A stretch of DNA of 54,495 nucleotides, the filler included, from Bipalium vagum (taxonomy: Eukaryota): the NCBI GenBank assembly GCA_037834085.1. It is 3 parts of 3 records of this genome, joined end to end, with 100 filler letters (N's around TTAATTAATTAA, not from the genome) between each part and the next. Parts side by side here need not be neighbours in the genome. Positions count along the whole stretch, not along the records: positions 36,323 to 54,495 come from JBBMKC010037847.1; 2 more parts are not named here. One strand, 5' to 3'. Positions 51,841 to 54,495 of this stretch are shown here, piece by piece. The number at the start of each line of letters is the position of its first letter. Positions within the stretch are counted from its first letter, which is position 1. The translations under genes were made by a program, and so were the position numbers. The notes below the pieces were generated by a model. The model did not search any database. It saw only the letters and a program-made list of their open reading frames with translations, and was not told the DNA's origin.

Positions 51841-52390
51841 CAGTGTTTCTCAAAGTGATCCAGGTGGACCACTTGTGGTCCACAGAGGATTCGTATTCTC
51901 AAAAATTTTTTGGCCATTTCACAAAAATTTAAGTAATTCAGCGCTATTTGTTGCTATGAGAAATTGACATTTTACAACAACTATAAATTTTTCTGTTTGT
52001 TGGTTACTCACAGATATTGAATGTTTAGTTAGATATTAGGCAAATTTATTGTTATCAAGCTAAAATATCTAGTGGTAGCTTACATCTAGCTATGATAGCT
52101 TGCGCAAATGAGGTTCTTGGAAAAGATGCTGCATCTACCCTGAGTACAATTCCACTTTCAAACGACATTATTACCAGGAGACAGGACAAAATGTCTAATT
52201 TTGTTGAGAAAAAGATAGTGGAAATTCTACAAAAGACAAAGTTTTCTATCCAGATTAATGAGAGCACAATTCATAACCAAGCTATCCTTCTGTGCTATGT
52301 CAGATTCATCTATGAAGATGATATAAGAGAAGAAATGTTATTCATTAAAAATTTGCCTGGAACTACTACTGGAGAAGACATTCAATGAAG
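51841..52390 (+). mobile_element. hAT (Buster/ZBED8/SCAND3-like) transposon fragment
   Basis: CAGTGTTTCTCAAAGTG terminus; IPLSNDIITRRQDKMS, FSIQINEST, AILLCYVRF, EEMLF..L..TTTGEDI. Confidence 0.9.
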
Positions 52391-52942
52391 TAATGCAGTA
52401 ATGCTTATATTATGAGCAAACAATGTCCACAATTTCTTAAAGATTTTCTTAAAAATTATTATCACAATAATTTTATAAAATAAACAAATATCAAAATTCA
52501 CTGAAATAAAAGTATGACAATCACGGATCCACTGTATATATTATTAAATTAATTATTATGTTATTATTATAAATTTAAATAACAATGAATAAATAATTTT
52601 GAATTTCCATTTACACCATCCATATTCTCTCTACCTGATATTTTTTAGATAGAAATATACATTCGGTAAAATAGTTATGGCTTCGTCAAAATTGAATTTT
52701 TGATTAACCTGTCGAAAATGCCAAAATCTTGGAAAATGTCTAGACCTTCTGGTGTCATTTTGGTCTTGAAAATTACTTACTTGAATTGGATTGTTTTGGT
52801 CTTAATGAATTTCTGTGGCAGATCTACTTATCTAATTGAATTGTAACACTTGGTAACTTTGGCAGTTTACTATATATGAAAAACAATTTTGAATCTAAAG
52901 GTATTTGCGATTAATGTAGCTGTTTCTCTGAAAATGCTTCTA

Positions 52943-53790
52943 ATGGTTAACTCAAAAGAAATACCAATCGAAAAAAGAGCGCAGATAATTATTTTGAGTG
53001 AAACAGGTAAACAATACGCGGAAATCGCAAAAATTTTGAAATCGGGGCAATTTTGAAAATATATATTGTGTCACCGCGATACAATTAAACATATTGATCA
53101 CAATTTATCTGGGTGTCCACGAAAAACAACAACAAAAACTAACAATAAGATATTAACAATTAGTACTGCAAACCAATTCAAATCTGCTTCTGATATCCGA
53201 GATGATATAAATGAAAGGTTATCTTTGCATATTTCTCTGACAACCACTCAACGACGACTACGAGAAAAAGGCATTTTTGGATGTATTGCAGCAACAAAAC
53301 TACTATTTTGTCGAGAAGACATTAGTAAAAGATTAGAATATGTTATTAAGCATAAAGATTGGACATTCTAATTGTGGAAATCAATATAATGGACTGATGA
53401 ATCAAAATTTGAACATTTTGAAAGTCATCGTCGACAATGTGTTCGAAGGAAATTAAATGAAGGATACAAACCCCCGTGTATTTCACCTACACTGAAACAT
53501 GTGGGTGGTTCAGTAATGTTATGGGATTATTTTTCTTATGATGAAGTTGGTGCGTTAGTGAAAATGGATGTCATCATGAGAAAAGAGCAATATCATCGCA
53601 TTATTCCACAATACACAATCCCATCTGACATTGTCTTAATTGGTCACTGTTTTACTTTTCAAAATGACAACGACTCCCCAACACACTTCTAAACTGTGAT
53701 AATTATTTAAAGAAAAAAGACGAAGGTGGAATACTTCAATTGTTGAAATGATCGCCACAATCTCCAGATTTTAGTCCTAGTCCATAGAAA
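52943..53790 (+). mobile_element. Tc1 (DD34E) transposase pseudogene
   Basis: KRAQIIILSETG, SGCPRKTT, TQRRLREKG, WTDESKFE, GGSVMLW, FQNDND, SPQSPDF. Confidence 0.92.
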
Positions 53791-54495
53791 GTTCGATAAT
53801 CACCGCATTTTAAAATTAGCTAAATAAACTAATCATAAAGTTCTTTATGATGTCTAAAGTTCGATATTCAAGTTGTACCTTCGCAGGTATAGGTAGACGA
53901 ACTACATTTACAATAATATGATGATTATAGTGTGGTTTGGTTACTCAAATGTTTAATTCCATCAGCCTTTGGACTTTTTTTTTTCAACGATTTTCTCTAT
54001 TTTCTCGATGATTTTTTAATCTGTCTAATTATTATTAAGTTTAATAAAAGGGATATTTCCGTTTGATTTATTATACTTTTTCAATAAAGTAAGGAAAATT
54101 TATTACAGTTATATCATATATAATATATAATGAAAACTGAAATATTGCATTATATTTACTTTTCGGTTCCTTATAATAATTAAAAGAAAACTTTTCCTTT
54201 CTAAATGTCAAAATTGTATTTTGATTTCTGAAATATAATTCTACTAAGATGTCGGCGTCTGGGAAAGGCGTCAAGTTGAAAATATAAAAACAATAAAAAT
54301 AATTTTAAATCGAAAAAAATATATTCCAATAACCATTTGAATATAAACTTCAGCAAACACTCTTCCGAAAAAATAATGAAACATTATTAATTGTTTTGTT
54401 CGTATAAGCGGGAAATAGGTGTAAATTCTTAACACTGCGTATCGTTTTCTTGCAAAATAATTTGGAATAAATATTTATATTTATATTTATTTATA

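Noticed and set aside
1-54495. CRISPR arrays, rRNA, tRNA, prokaryotic operons
   Set aside because: No regularly spaced repeats or RNA-gene signatures seen; the sequence is intron-containing eukaryotic DNA.

Overview
Very AT-rich eukaryotic genomic DNA with spliceosomal GT-AG introns. An invertebrate, arthropod-like origin is inferred and the species cannot be determined. Two host genes are supportable: the last ten coding exons of an anoctamin-7-like (TMEM16) gene on + (2147-14442; 5' exons lie outside the window) and an intronless HPS4-like longin-domain gene on + (16463-17806). A possible orphan first exon lies on - at 34.9-35.2 kb. Most of the rest is decayed mobile DNA: about a dozen mariner copies or fragments, Tc1, maT, rosa-like, pogo/Tigger, hAT and a Penelope-like GIY-YIG remnant. 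Two relics are largely missed by the ORF track. (1) An endogenous Polinton/Maverick (adintovirus-like) element on - at ~21.4-25.2 kb carries an integrase C-terminus, a double-jelly-roll major capsid gene, a possible minor capsid trace and two tandem protein-primed PolB N-terminal regions. (2) A 'plant-type' DD39D-like mariner lies inside an anoctamin intron. Three assembly gaps are present, two with an artificial TTAATTAATTAA linker. All homology calls come from manual translation and motif recognition, not database searches.
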